From positions 144,522,001-144,586,000 of the forward strand of contig NC_042997.1 in assembly GCF_006345805.1 (NCBI RefSeq): 64,000 bases of DNA. The letters run 5' to 3'. A program made the translations under genes and the position numbers. The DNA comes from Octopus sinensis (Eukaryota). Positions 9,941 to 22,134 of this stretch are shown here, in pieces (positions within the stretch are counted from its first letter, which is position 1; each line of letters begins with the position of its first letter). The notes under the pieces were generated by a model. It did no database searches and had not been told where the DNA came from. It was given only the letters and a program-made list of their open reading frames with translations.

Positions 9941-10755
9941 TCATGAGTCATTAAAGATTCAAGTTACAGGCACAAGGATGGTTAATGTATAGAGATGACT
10001 GATGCACAAACCTGGCTAAGATGCAGGCAAAATTAAGGCACAGGGATTGCTAAAATGTGGACCTAATTGTATGGTTAATAAGTTTTCTTTGCAACCAAAT
10101 GGTTTCAGGTTTATGCTCATTCTGTGGTACAGAGGACAAATGCTTTCTATTACAGCTATGAGCTGACAAATGGCTTGTGAACAAAATTGGCAGTCACAAA
10201 CTGTACAGAATCCTGTTATATCATCAACATCGTTTTTCAACATCCATTCCCTATGCTGTCTTGGGTTGAATGGTTCAACAGGAGTTGGTGAATCAGGGGG
10301 CTGCACCAGGTACCAGTTATCTGTTCCGGCATAGTTTCTATGACTGGATGCCCTTCCTAGTGCCAATCACATTACAGAGTGAACTTTGTGCTCTTACACG
10401 ATACTAGAATGGATACTTTTATTTGGCACTGATATGGGTGCTTTTGCATAGAATTAACATGCATGCTTTATTACATAGTGCTGGTAGGAGTGCCTTTTAT
10501 GTGGCATCACACAGGTGCTTTTTACATGATGTTGCAAAAGTGCTTTTTCATGACGCCAGTACAGGTGCTTTTTGTGTCACACCTACATATAAATATATGT
10601 TGTTGCTTCACATAGGAGCCCATGATGAGGTGCTTGAGTACTCTAATCTCATGATGCAATTTTAGAGAAATTTAGTTACTATTTCTAGCAAGCTAGGTAA
10701 TGACAGAGAGATTGTCTCGTTGGCTTATGCTGTGCATAAATATGTATGTATTTAC

Positions 10756-10899
10756 CTGTAAGGTGAAGCCCCATGATGAATTTGTTCGTATTAACTTTAT
10801 TGTCCTTCTCTTCTTGCTCTCCGTTGGGTCTGTGGTGATTGAGCGATCTCTCTCCAAATAGGTGAGATCTTCCCCTACAGATGACACTTTTGGTATCAC
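10756..10899 (-). CDS. TAMALIN: Tamalin/GRASP-CYTIP-like PDZ scaffold, exon containing the start of the PDZ domain
   Basis: tttgtctttacag|GTG ATA...TTA CAG|gtaaat. 144 nt, phase 0 to phase 0, translating VIPKVSSVGEDLTYLERDRSITTDPTESKKRRTIKLIRTNSSWGFTLQ; joins in frame to TYG in the next exon. Confidence 0.92.
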
Positions 10900-12622
10900 C
10901 TGTAAAGACAAATGGGATAAGAGTTAAAGTAGTGTCAGCATGTCATATGTGGTGAGTATCAAAAATCTAATTCAAAAATCTTATGTGAAGAATGTGAAGA
11001 AGAAATGACGACATTGGCTCAATGACTAATATTATCATCTTGGCAATTGTAGGAGACAACTGTGGTCATGTTCCAGTCTTGTTAGACCTCTTCAACAAAG
11101 CAATACGCTTACTAAAATAGTAATGAGAAAATTGCTAAACAAATACACAGTATTGTACACATATAGGCATGAAACTTAAGCATAGTTAATAAAAACATTT
11201 TCTGTGAGAAATCAGTAGTATGACAAAGTACAGTATGTTTATATGCACATGTGCCTGATTATATTGTCTTTTGTCACTATAAAAGAGTTGGTGATTAATG
11301 GAATTGCTAAAGATACAAATAAAATTCCATGTGATGTTTAGTAACATCCTTTTATTGTACTCTGTCTTGAAATCTTGCTGAGGTGGACTTTGACTTTTAA
11401 TTCTTCCAGGTTAATAAAATAAATATCAGGAAGTTGAGTTTTATTGATAATTGCCTCATTCACATTTGAAACACTGATACCTATGTCAGATTTTGCACTT
11501 CTAAACTAGAAATGGTAATAAAATTGGTTGAATATATTCCAGTATGTTACTGCTACTTATTTCATTAAGGAACCAGTGATTTAATATTGACCCTTTGAAA
11601 CCCTAAAACTAGAGATGATATTTTTTCACAAAAACAGACAAAAAACAAAAGTAAAAAGAAAGATAGAAGTCAGCTCTGAGGAACTAAACATCACCATCAC
11701 ATGATCCACTGAGGGGATCCTCTACATAGTTGCTTGACAAGCTAGAAATAGCAGTCAAATAACAAAGTACTTGAAAATCAATTTATAGTACCTTACTTGA
11801 TAAGAGGACTAGCAGGTGCACCATAGTGTAATTCATAGTGTGGTTACCTAGCAAACAACAAGCACATGGTTCAAATCCTGATAGCATGTTTACTTGTGTT
11901 TAGTGTCCTAGGCTGCAGTACTATTGTAATGTCTTTCACTCTTCTGTTCCAACCATCAAAAATGGTTATCATCATCATCACCATCATCCTCAAATATCCA
12001 TCTTTCATACTGACATGGGTTGAGAGCTTCAACTGGATCCAACGAAGTGTATCAAACTCCATTATCTGTTTTGGCATGGTCTCTACAGCCGGATACCCTT
12101 CCTAACACCAACCACTTTACAGAATGTATTGGGTGCTTTATTCATAGCAGCAACACTAGTAGGGATCACCATATAACTTGAGGGACTAAAAAGTTAACTC
12201 ACTCTCACCCCTAAATGAACAGAAGCATAATAGAGAGTGAGCCCGAGGCTATAAAAGAAGACACTGGCCCAAGGTGCTACGCAGTGGGACTGAACCTGGA
12301 ACCATGTGACAGGGAAGCAAGCTTCTTACCCCACAACTACACCTGATTTCATAATAAAAGAGAGTGGGTGTTGAGAGGATAAAGTCTCACAGAGACACAA
12401 TAATTGTTTAAAGCTGTAGAGAAGATACGTCACTACTTTGATTTATATAAGGGTGGGTGGCAGTAACTGGGATGGAACTGGAAAGAGGGATAAAGATGGT
12501 GGTGATAAGATGTCAAAGAAAACCCTCAAGGTCCAAGAAGATGAATAGAGGAGGGTGAGGAAAAAAAGATCAGGAAGGGGAAGAGAGTGAGAGATGGTTA
12601 ATGATAGGGGTATAGGTGAATG

Positions 12623-12842
12623 AAAGGCAGTGAGCTGGCAGAATCGTTAGCACACCGGGCGAAATGCTTAGCGGTATTTTATCTGCCATTACGTTCCGAG
12701 TTCAAATTCCGCCGAGGTCGACTTTGCCTTTCATCCTTTCGGGGTCGATAAATTAAGTACCAGTTATGCACTGGAGTCGATGTAATCGACTTAATCTGTT
12801 TGTCCCCTCTGCGTTTAGCCCCTTCTGGGTATTAAAGAAATA
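12623..12842 (+). mobile_element. SINE family A, full length with TSD
   Basis: 14-bp TSD GGTATAGGTGAATG (12609-12622 / 12843-12856); near-consensus sequence with many CpGs retained. Confidence 0.9.
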
Positions 12843-13330
12843 GGTATAGGTGAATGTAATGAACAGTAAACAAAAATGGAGATATGGATAATGGTTCATC
12901 TAAGTAATAATTTCTGCATTTGTATGTTGTTATCAGAGCCTCCTTGAGAAATTTGGCAATGGAACAACACAGTTGTTTTCAGGTCCTTGAAGCATGGAAA
13001 ATAGATGTATGTTGGTGATAGTAATTAGGATGGTAATGATGATGATGGTATAGTTGATTAGGATTATTATATTGATGAAGATGTTAGTGATGGGGATAAT
13101 AATTTTAGATAATCATAACAAAAATAGGAAAAGAATTTGAAGAAACAAATATAACATAATATGTGAGAAAATGAACACAACATGGAAATGCAATTCCTCT
13201 CCAGGGTCAATTCCAAAAGTCACTAAAATAAACCAAATTACAACACAACAGAATTACCAAAAGAAGAAAAGGAAGGCTGTGATAATTGGGTAAATATCTA
13301 AAGAAATAAAGATGCATTGTGGTAAAGAAA

Positions 13331-13990
13331 TAGTATGACCTTATTCTACAGACAGTCATAGAGAATGAAAATGGTGCGATTCTCTGAGATATGAAAATAT
13401 ATAGAAATTAGGAAATTCTTTTACATAAATATATCAACACCGGTTGTCAACACAGACATAAAGATACACACACATATAAATATATATATATACAATGGGC
13501 TTCTTTCAGTTTCTGTCTACCAAATCCACTCACAAGGCTTTGGTTGGCCCGAGGCTATAGAAGAAGAAATTTGCCCAAGGCTGCATGCAGTGGGAGTGAA
13601 CCTGGGAACCATGTGGCAGGGAAGCAAGCTTCTTACCACACAGTTACACCTGTCCTGATTTCATAATAAAAAACTAGATTGTGAGGTGTTGTACATTCAA
13701 ATTGGCTGTCAACAATATTATCCAACAGACAATAACATTGTAGTAAAAGATATTGAATAAGTCATCAAACATGCAGGCCTGGAAATTGATATATCCATAA
13801 TGTGGAATGTGAACATGAGAAGAGTTTTGGTAATAATTATAGGTACAGTGGGAGCAGTGAAATAGGGTGTAGAGAAGATAGTGCCAAAGAACTGCCAGCT
13901 AAGACCTTCCATATGAGAAATTCTGAAGAGGGTAAAGCTTGTAAATAGCAATATTCTATAGAAAATTATTTTCAATAAATAAAAAAAAAA
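13331..13990 (+). pseudogene. R4/Dong-clade LINE relic (restriction-like endonuclease C-terminus), interrupted by a CORE SINE
   Basis: In-frame pieces K*YD..QTVIENENGAIL*DMKI (13331-13405), PDFIIKN*IVRCC..KLAV (from 13654) and PTDNNIVVKDIE*VIKHAGLEIDISIMWNVNMRRVLVIIIGTVGAVK (from 13722). These match the recalled KWY..P..VLENE..KILWD / PD...D.AIP.D.NI..KE.EK..KY..L..EI..MW....V.IIIG.LG.V pattern. Confidence 0.7.
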
Positions 13991-14134
13991 AAGATTTATA
14001 ACTGCAAATTTATTTAGTATTAAATTTAAAGATCAGCTTTGACAGAACTCTAAATAGATGATGAGGATAATGATGGTGATGAGGATAATGATGATGATGA
14101 TGATGATAATAATAATAATAATTATAATAATAAT

Positions 14135-14352
14135 CCTTTCTATTACTGGCACATAGCAAGAAAGTTTTTGTGGAGAGGGGGCCAGTCAATTAGATCAATC
14201 GCAGTACACAACTGGTACATAATTTATTGACTCCGAAAGGATGGAAGGCAAAGTCAACCTTCGAGGAATTTGAACTCAGGACGTAGAGACAGATGAAATA
14301 CTACTAAGCATTTCGCCCAGCATACTAACGATTCTGCCAGCTCGCCACCTCC
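14135..14352 (-). mobile_element. SINE family A with (ATT)n tail
   Basis: AATAATCCTTTCTA ... AAGGATGGAAGGCAAAGTC ... CTGCCAGCTCGCCACCT. Confidence 0.75.
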
Positions 14353-14392
<40 letters not shown>

Positions 14393-14956
14393 CCCTGATG
14401 CAGTACCATGCCCTGATGCAGTACCAGGCAGTGGCTCTCATGACTTCTGATCTTGACTGATTGGAAGTGTTTTCACATACATTATTTTGTCTTAGTATAA
14501 AAGATGGGCTACAGCAAATCTTCTGCTCAATACTACAGATTATCTTGTCAGTTGTTTGACCTTAACCACTTGAGCATATCCCTCAGTGGCTGACGATATG
14601 TGCATCTCTGATCATGAGCAGGAGAAGTGTGAGGGCATCATCGCCATTTGTTGAGAGGAGTCTTTGGGGTCTTAATAATTCACCTCGGGAATCATGGGTG
14701 TTTTGTTCATCATCCTTAAACAATCCTTATTCAGAGACCTTTTGAGTGGGATGGGCTACTCAACCTGAAAAAAATTCTAACTGGGCCCCACCTGCAAGGT
14801 CATGCACTGTTAATATCATATCACCATGTCCCGCACAAATGGTTGTGATGCATGTGCCTGGTGTACCCCTATCAGACGGGTAGTCATGATGGATATACTG
14901 GGCTTTGTATATTTTACCCCTGTGTCACTTTGATGGCATGTGCAGTTCTTTCACTC

Positions 14957-14957
<1 letters not shown>
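14393..14957 (-). mobile_element. Non-coding element family E, about 560 bp, flanked by (AAT)n
   Basis: Co-linear with 58764-59318; (AAT)n on both sides; terminal duplication of CCCTGATGCAGTACCA. Confidence 0.85.
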
Positions 14958-14993
<36 letters not shown>

Positions 14994-15416
14994 TAATGAT
15001 AATAATAATAACTACAGATTTAGGTACAAGGTCAGCAAGGGATGAAAGGCGAAGTTGATGCCCATGGGATTTGAACTGGAAACATTGAGTCCAACAAAAT
15101 AGTGTTAGGTATTTTGTCTAATACTAAGACCACAAAGAGAAGTTAATTATATCAATACAGGATTTGACAGGGTAATATTTCTCAACCCTAAAAAGATGAA
15201 AAGTAATGTTGACACACCAGTGTTTGAGCTCTTAAGGATTGAAACTTGTCAGTTTTAATGTTATAACCAACATTAACACCTTGGCCATTTCACTGCCATT
15301 GAATGTTTCTTATTTCTACTCTTTGCCTGTGCAAAGCACTTTCATAGGTTTGTCCTGAACATCAGCACTTGTTTTTAGACTTCTAGTTAATCTTTGTTTC
15401 ATATATTCTGAGTAAT

Positions 15417-15823
15417 AGGCGTAGGAGTGGCTATGTGGTAAGTAGCTTGCTTACCAACCACATGGTTCCGGGTTCAGACCCACTGCATGGCACCTTGGGC
15501 AAGTGTCTTCTACTATAGCCTCAGGCCAACCAAAGCCTTGTGAGTGGATTTGGTAGACAGAAACTGAAAGAAGCCTGTCATATATATATACGTATATATA
15601 TATGTATGTGTGTGTATACATTTGTGTGTCTGTGTTTGTCTCCCCAACATCGCTTGACAACCGATGCTGGTGTGTTCACGTCCCCGTAAATTAGCGGTTC
15701 GGCAAAAGAGACTGATAGACTAAGTACTAGGCTTACAAAGAATAAGTCTTGGGGTCGATTTGCTTGACTAAAGGCGGTGCTCCAGCATGGCTGCAGTTAA
15801 ATGACTGAAACAAGTAAAAGAGT
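15417..15823 (+). mobile_element. Bipartite CORE SINE family B (CR1-LINE-like tail)
   Basis: GGCGTAGGAGTGGCTATGTGG head, ACCTTGGGCAAGTGTCTTCTAC core, TA/TG linker, tail GGCGGTGCTCCAGCATGG..CAGTTAAATGACTGAAACAAGTAAAAGAG. Confidence 0.9.
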
Positions 15824-17335
15824 AATATAAAGATTTCCTTTCATAAGCTCTCTTGTGACTCTGGCAGCTGAAGAAAACCAAAAAAAATTGGGAATATGTA
15901 TCATATATGAATGTGTGGACACCAGGGAAATAAGACCTGTGTATCATATGTGATACACATGGCAGGCAAAGGGTTAAGGGGGTTAGCTAATTACATCAGC
16001 CCTAGTACTTCAATAACAACAACAACAATGATTTCCTAATTATTACAGAAGAGCACAGACTTAAGTAGAATTGTACAGTTGATTAGAGCCACCCCAGTAT
16101 TCCACTGGTATCTGTTCGTTTTGTCAACACTAGAAGTGGGATGCAACAATAAAATAACGAAGGCAGTAACAACAACAACAACAACTAAAATAATAATAAT
16201 AATAGTAATAATAATAATAATAAGAAGAAGAAGAAGTTCTTACACATGCACACGGGCAGAGACATTCACGTGGTGGGAGAAAATTGTATGATGTGAAGCT
16301 CATGCCTATATCAAAGACATTTAACTATAAGCAAGTGGAATGAAATGGCTATTACAGGAGTGGAATGTGAGAGCAGGTTGTACAGTCAGTCCTCAAAGAA
16401 TTCGTTTTGTGTTCTACAGCTGGCACTTGTTGAGACAAAAAAGCAAAGAACTTAAAAGTAAGGCATGAGAAGTTTGTGAAGAGACTTGGAACAGTGTTAC
16501 TGTAATTAATTGTTTTGAGGGCAACATTCGTTTGATTGGGTACAAAGTTTGTAGGTAGTGGGGCAAAATGTTGAAGTGGACTGTAATCTTTTGATTCTTG
16601 TTTTGCCTAGAGCAAGATTGCCCTCTGGATAGTTCTGTTGTCATAATGGTAACAATGGAAGTGGAAATCAAAATAAATAAAGAGTAAGTAAAAGAAAACA
16701 ACAACAAAACATGAACATATCCTGGCGTCCTTGAAAAGAAAAGAAATGAAACCGAATGGCTGTCTGCCTGAAGTGGTTGACAATAACACCAACAACAACG
16801 ATGATGATGATGATGATACTAACAACAACAAAAACGATGATAACAATAATGTAATGGCTGTCACAGAAATAACAAAAATCAACAATCAGAGCCTACAACA
16901 ACAAATACAAAACTGTTACAATTACAGCAATGGTAACCAGGACAAGAATAATAATTATAAAACTATGGGACCCTCTACCTTTTCATTATATCAGCAGTCA
17001 GCTGACAGTTAAGTATTTACGATAAGGGAGTTTTTGCCTACTAATTGTATGGATAATTTCAGTTAATTGAAGTTTCGTTTCTTTTTTTTTTTTCGACTCA
17101 CAATATTTTACATTTGTGAAGCTCCATCGTAAATTAATTACAGCTTTTAGCAACACTAATTATACAGATACAGAATCACATTCCCTAGCTATAGATCGTC
17201 ATGCTGTCGTTTTTATATGAATTTCCCACGCACGACTCTTACAGTTCGTGAGTTCAAATCTGCATGGTGCTTGATTTTTTCCCTCTCCAATGACAAGAGA
17301 AATAATTAGTAATATTCTGCACTTATTCAGATTTT

Positions 17336-17778
17336 CAGGGCCATCTTAGCGACATTATAGGCCCCCACCAGACGGAATAATGCACTGGGCCCTGTAGTTA
17401 CCTGTGGTTAGGGTTCACGATCGTAATGTCGTAAGTTCAATTCCCGGCGACGCGTTGTGTCCTTGAGTAAGACACTTTATTTCTCATTACTCCAGTTCAC
17501 TCAGCTAGCAAAAATGAGTAGTACCTGTCCTTCATTCTATGTTACACTGAATCGCCCAGAGAACTATATGGAGGGTATTGGTGTCTGTGAAATGCTCAAC
17601 CATGAACAGGTTGTTCTGTTGATCGTGTCAACTGGAACCCCCATCACCATAACCGACAGAGCCCCAGTTTTATTTATACACTGAATGCTTCAACATACGT
17701 AGATTAGAACTGGGTCCCTAGACCCGTGCCCCCACCCTTGTTAACTGCCCAGTGTACTGATGTAATAAGACGGCACTG
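17336..17778. mobile_element. hAT-type MITE carrying a nested CORE SINE
   Basis: TIRs CAGGGCCATCTTA / TAAGACGGCACTG; 8-bp TSD CAGATTTT / CAGATTAT; SINE segment at about 17397-17690. Confidence 0.75.
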
Positions 17779-19852
17779 CAGATTATAGATTCCTGTCATT
17801 TATTTCTGTAACTTCTGGCAAACTGAGAGGCAGATATTCACTTCTGTAGTGAAACCATCTTGGAAATCTCCAGCATGCATGCGCAGAGTTGGATTCTTCC
17901 AGGAGGCTGCCGGAAGTTCCCTCATACGCATGTGCAGAGAACTAGCAGCAATGAAATTCCCTCATATTGTTCTCTTGAACTCCAGCAGCTGAACCAGACA
18001 GTCGTGTTTCATCAGCTCTCTCAAGTAGCTACCTCATGGCATATCTCCGCTATGCTTGAACGGACAGGATTTGGCTCACTCCACTTGACTACTGCGATAA
18101 GCTCCTAGGCTGCTGATTCGCCCAGAAAGAAGAATGTATATATTGCGAATCCAGAAATAAAATATTTACACTGTTGAAGTTAATTGGAAGTCTTGACTCT
18201 TTCCTTTGATTAATATTTAATGTAAAGGATGCGAGCTGCACCCTTCCAGTGCAGGGACCTCCCATCCTGTTACACTTCTGAAGGAGAAATTGAACTAAAA
18301 GTTTTCTCGTTAATGAATCACATGAATGAACTTCTATAATTTGTTTGAAAGTAAGATAGGATGGTCACGATATAATTTGTTTGAAAGTAAGATAGGATGG
18401 TCACGGTTGGAACGTCTATGGTCTTGGAGCTAAACAACAGCTGCTGTACTGTTTGGAGTGGTGAATTATAACAACCTTTGACATCTGCTTGGATTGCAGT
18501 AGGCAAGGCAGTTATTAAGAGTTGAAGTACCTTAGCCACAAACACAATGCAAGCTGGAGTGAACTTGGGTATATTACATGATGTTAATATGATGTGTAAT
18601 GTGATGTGGTCATTGTTAGCATTATTGATACTGTTGGTTACTTTTGTCCAGGTCTTTGCTGCTTGTTTTATGGCTCAACATCATTGTTTTAACATCTATT
18701 CTTCCATGGTTCAGATGGAATTTGTTGAGGCAGATTTTTTATGACTGGATGCCCTTTCTGTCATCAACCCTCACCTGTTTCCAAGGAAGATTGGAAATGA
18801 ATGACACCACTTGTATGACAGTGAGATTCTTTTACAACAGTCATAAAATGTCAAGACAATAACACACACAAGACTTCTTTCAGTTTCCATTTACAAATCC
18901 ACTCAAGGCTTTACTTGACCAGGGCTCTAGTAGAAGACACTTGCCCAAGGTGTCACACAGTAGGACTGAACCTGAGACCACATAGGTGGGAAACAAACTT
19001 GGTAACTTTTTTTATTTTACATGACCCTCTGGTAGACCTTGAATCTAGTGACTATTGAATACAGAATGGCCACATTAGCAATTACATAAGCAGACTGCGC
19101 TAAAATTTCTGCTGACTGTGATGAGCTCATCATTAGTTTTTATCAGGTTAGCTATTTTTAGTAGTGCAATGAGCATTGTATTTTCATTTTCAGTGATAAG
19201 ATTTGTACTATCCACTTATTATGCATTATGTAACGTGACATAACCAACACATTACCTAATTATACGTTATGATGAGACAGTATTTCTCTATATACTGCTA
19301 TAATAATCATTTCTATTATTGGCGCAAGGCCTGAAATTTTGGAGGAGGGCTAAGTTGATTACATTGACCCCAGTACTCAACTGGTACTTAATTTATCAAT
19401 CTTGAAAGAATGAAAGGCAAAGTCAACTTAGGTAGAATTTGAATTCAGGATGTAAAGATGGGCGAAATGCCTACGAAATGCTGCTAAGCATTTTGCCCAG
19501 TGTGCTAATGGTTCTGCTAGTTTGCTGCCTTTATATGATGCATTAATAAAGACTTCCAGCTTTGACACAGCTATGTTTGACTGCCCTCTGTCTGCTACAA
19601 TGACGAGTGGTCTAGTTAGTGCGATAAATGGAACAGCCTGCTCATGAAATGAACATGCAAATGGCTGAGCGCTCCACAGACATATATAACCTTAATGTAG
19701 TCCTCAGAGAGATTCAGCATGATACAGAGTGTGACAAGGCTGGTCCTTTGATATCAGGTACTATTTGTTTCTGTTAGCTGATTGATTGAACTGGAACAAT
19801 GTGAAATAAAGTTTCTTGCTCCAGGACACAATGTGCTGCCAGATAATAATGA

Positions 19853-20106
19853 ATAATAAATGCACCCTTTTAAAGCCTAGCCAGGCTTATGGGCCCGGTT
19901 TCCTGGTTTCTATGGTGTATGTTCCCCAGCTGGATGGGATGCCAGTCCATTGCAGCGTTACTCATTTTTGCCAGCTGAGTGGACTGGAGCAATGTGAAAT
20001 GAAGTGTTTTGCTCAAGAACACAATGCATCGCCTGGTCCAGGAATCGAAACCACAATCTTACGATCATGATGCTGACACCCTAACCACTAAGCTATGCGC
20101 CTCCAC
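19853..20106 (-). mobile_element. tRNA-derived SINE, same family as 5383-5640
   Basis: Reverse complement aligns end to end with 5383-5640. Confidence 0.85.
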
Positions 20107-21915
20107 GTGCTGCCAGATACCAAACTTATAACCTTACGATCGTGAGCCAAATACCCAATCCACAAAGTCATGTGCTTCCATATGCTATGATTGAGCTGCA
20201 GCCATGGCTGTGTGGTTCTAAAGACCATTTTGTGAATACAAGGTTTTGAGTTTGGCCCCAGTATGACACTTTTAGCGAGCATCTGCTAATATAGCCTGAA
20301 CCCAAGTCAATTCCTTACGAGTGCAATTAGTAGATAGAAACTGAGAAGAAGCTGATTGGCATATGGTTTCATAGTTTAACAGGATCCAAGGGCCAGGAAC
20401 TGCAGTGCTCCAGTGGCATGATTTCTGTTGCTGATGCCCTTCTGGATGTGACAAACACTCTTCAGTATGTACTTGGTGCTGTTTTTCGTGCCACCAATAC
20501 TGTTGACATCTCCATACAGCTGGTATGGCTACAAATCACTGCAATTGAGTGGGGCTACAATAGAGTGGGATGCAACTTTAAGGTAGGAGACAATAGGATA
20601 TGAAAAAAGAGGCCATCTGCAGCAGATGACATTTGCTCATTTGCTGCCCTCACAGGAGCTATTGCCTAAGTTAAAAATCATTATATTAGAGCAATTATTA
20701 TTGTCTTTAACAATTAAATGCTTTTTTAAAATTCAACCAACTCAAATATGGGTGGAGTGGAGTGAAACATTGTCAGCCAAGTGGTCTGAGGCAAACAGTG
20801 TTATCTCCCTTGGTGAGGGGACAAATTGCCCCATTTTCATTCTCACAGTGATATCCACATTATACATACTCTCTTTGATGAATGCCAAATCATTTATCTT
20901 GACAAATTTTCCCTTATGTGACAAAGTAATGTTTGCACATATTTTAGTTTCAATTAGAAAAATACAGTTATTAATAACCACCACTACCACAACAACTGAC
21001 CCCAGTATCATGATTATTAGTAACACTCAGTATTCGCCCTGTCAGGTTTAAAATCACCACCACAACCACTACCACCACTGCCACCGCCACCACCATCATC
21101 ATCATCATCATCATGATCACCATAGTTTTGTCCTATTTGAATAGTTACTGCTGTTATGCAGTTTCAGCTCAGAGTTGATTGCAAACCTATTTTATCTTTT
21201 ACTTGTTTCAATCATTAGACTGTGGCCATGCTGGGGCAATGCCTTGAAGAATTTTGAAGTCAAATGAACCAATTCCAGTATTATTTTTTTCTTTTTTAAG
21301 CCTGTTGCTTATTTATTCTATTGGTCTCTTTTGTTGAGCAGTTATGTTCAAATGCATTCCAATCAGGACCATCCCATCTGTTTTCATATTACAGGGGCTA
21401 CTGTATTATCTAATGTGACAGTAATAGCATGACAAGAGAGAGAGAGAGAGAGAGAGCTCTATGTCATCTCTTGCAGAGTCTTCCTTGTTCCATATCGAAA
21501 TGGGTTGGATAGGTGTATTAAAAACCTTGAAAATCTGTTACATTTAAAAAAATTCTAATGTAGGTATCATCATGGGAGTGAACCTGGGATCTCCTGACTG
21601 AAAAGCAAACTTCTTAATAGCTTAGCTATGCTTGTCTCCAGGCCATACTAACATACACACACATGCATGCACGTGCCTATACATGCATACATACATGCAT
21701 TTCCAGACTGCCCACCCCCACATACATATATATGAATAAAAACACATTTAAACACACATACATCCTGTACATACACATCAGATAGATAGATAGATAGAGA
21801 GAGAGTTATTGATAAACACTACAATCATAACTGTGTATCAGAAAGTATGAACTCATACACACACGCACTCTCTCTCTCTCTTTCTCTCCCCCTCTCTCTC
21901 TCCTGCTATTCGTAG

Positions 21916-21944
21916 AAAGGTCAACGAGGTGTTGCAAAGGTCAA
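21916..21944 (+). promoter_or_regulatory. Two AAAGGTCAA extended nuclear-receptor half-sites, 20 bp apart
   Basis: AAAGGTCA at 21916 and 21936 in non-repetitive DNA; motif match only. Confidence 0.25.
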
Positions 21945-21984
21945 GGAAGAACTTGCCAAGTGATAATGTAAATTTGATAAAAAG

Positions 21985-22000
21985 CCAGCAGGTGGCACTA
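21985..22000 (+). promoter_or_regulatory. CTCF-like motif CCAGCAGGTGGCACTA
   Basis: Matches the CCASYAGRKGGCRS core consensus; about 350 bp from the candidate first exon; motif match only. Confidence 0.4.
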
Positions 22001-22096
22001 GTGGGGTGAATGAAGTTAAGTGGTGACTGGTACCGGTAGTAGGGGGGAGAGGAGTGGGGGGAGCAATGTACTTAGACATAACTCACACCTGGCAGT

Positions 22097-22134
<38 letters not shown>

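Noticed and set aside
16690-16760. Strong minus-strand acceptor (tttcttttcttttcaag) as an extra host exon
   Set aside because: No suitable donor or family-like peptide downstream; the flank is low-complexity.
16731-17012. 93-aa N/D/Q-rich ORF
   Set aside because: Built from AAC/GAT microsatellites, antisense to the host gene, with no recognisable domain.
17790-18300. Mixed-composition stretch as an exon
   Set aside because: No phase-compatible splice pair or recognisable peptide; more likely a transposon remnant.
18335-18405. 35-bp tandem duplication
   Set aside because: Real, but a simple two-copy slippage event with nothing further to suggest function.
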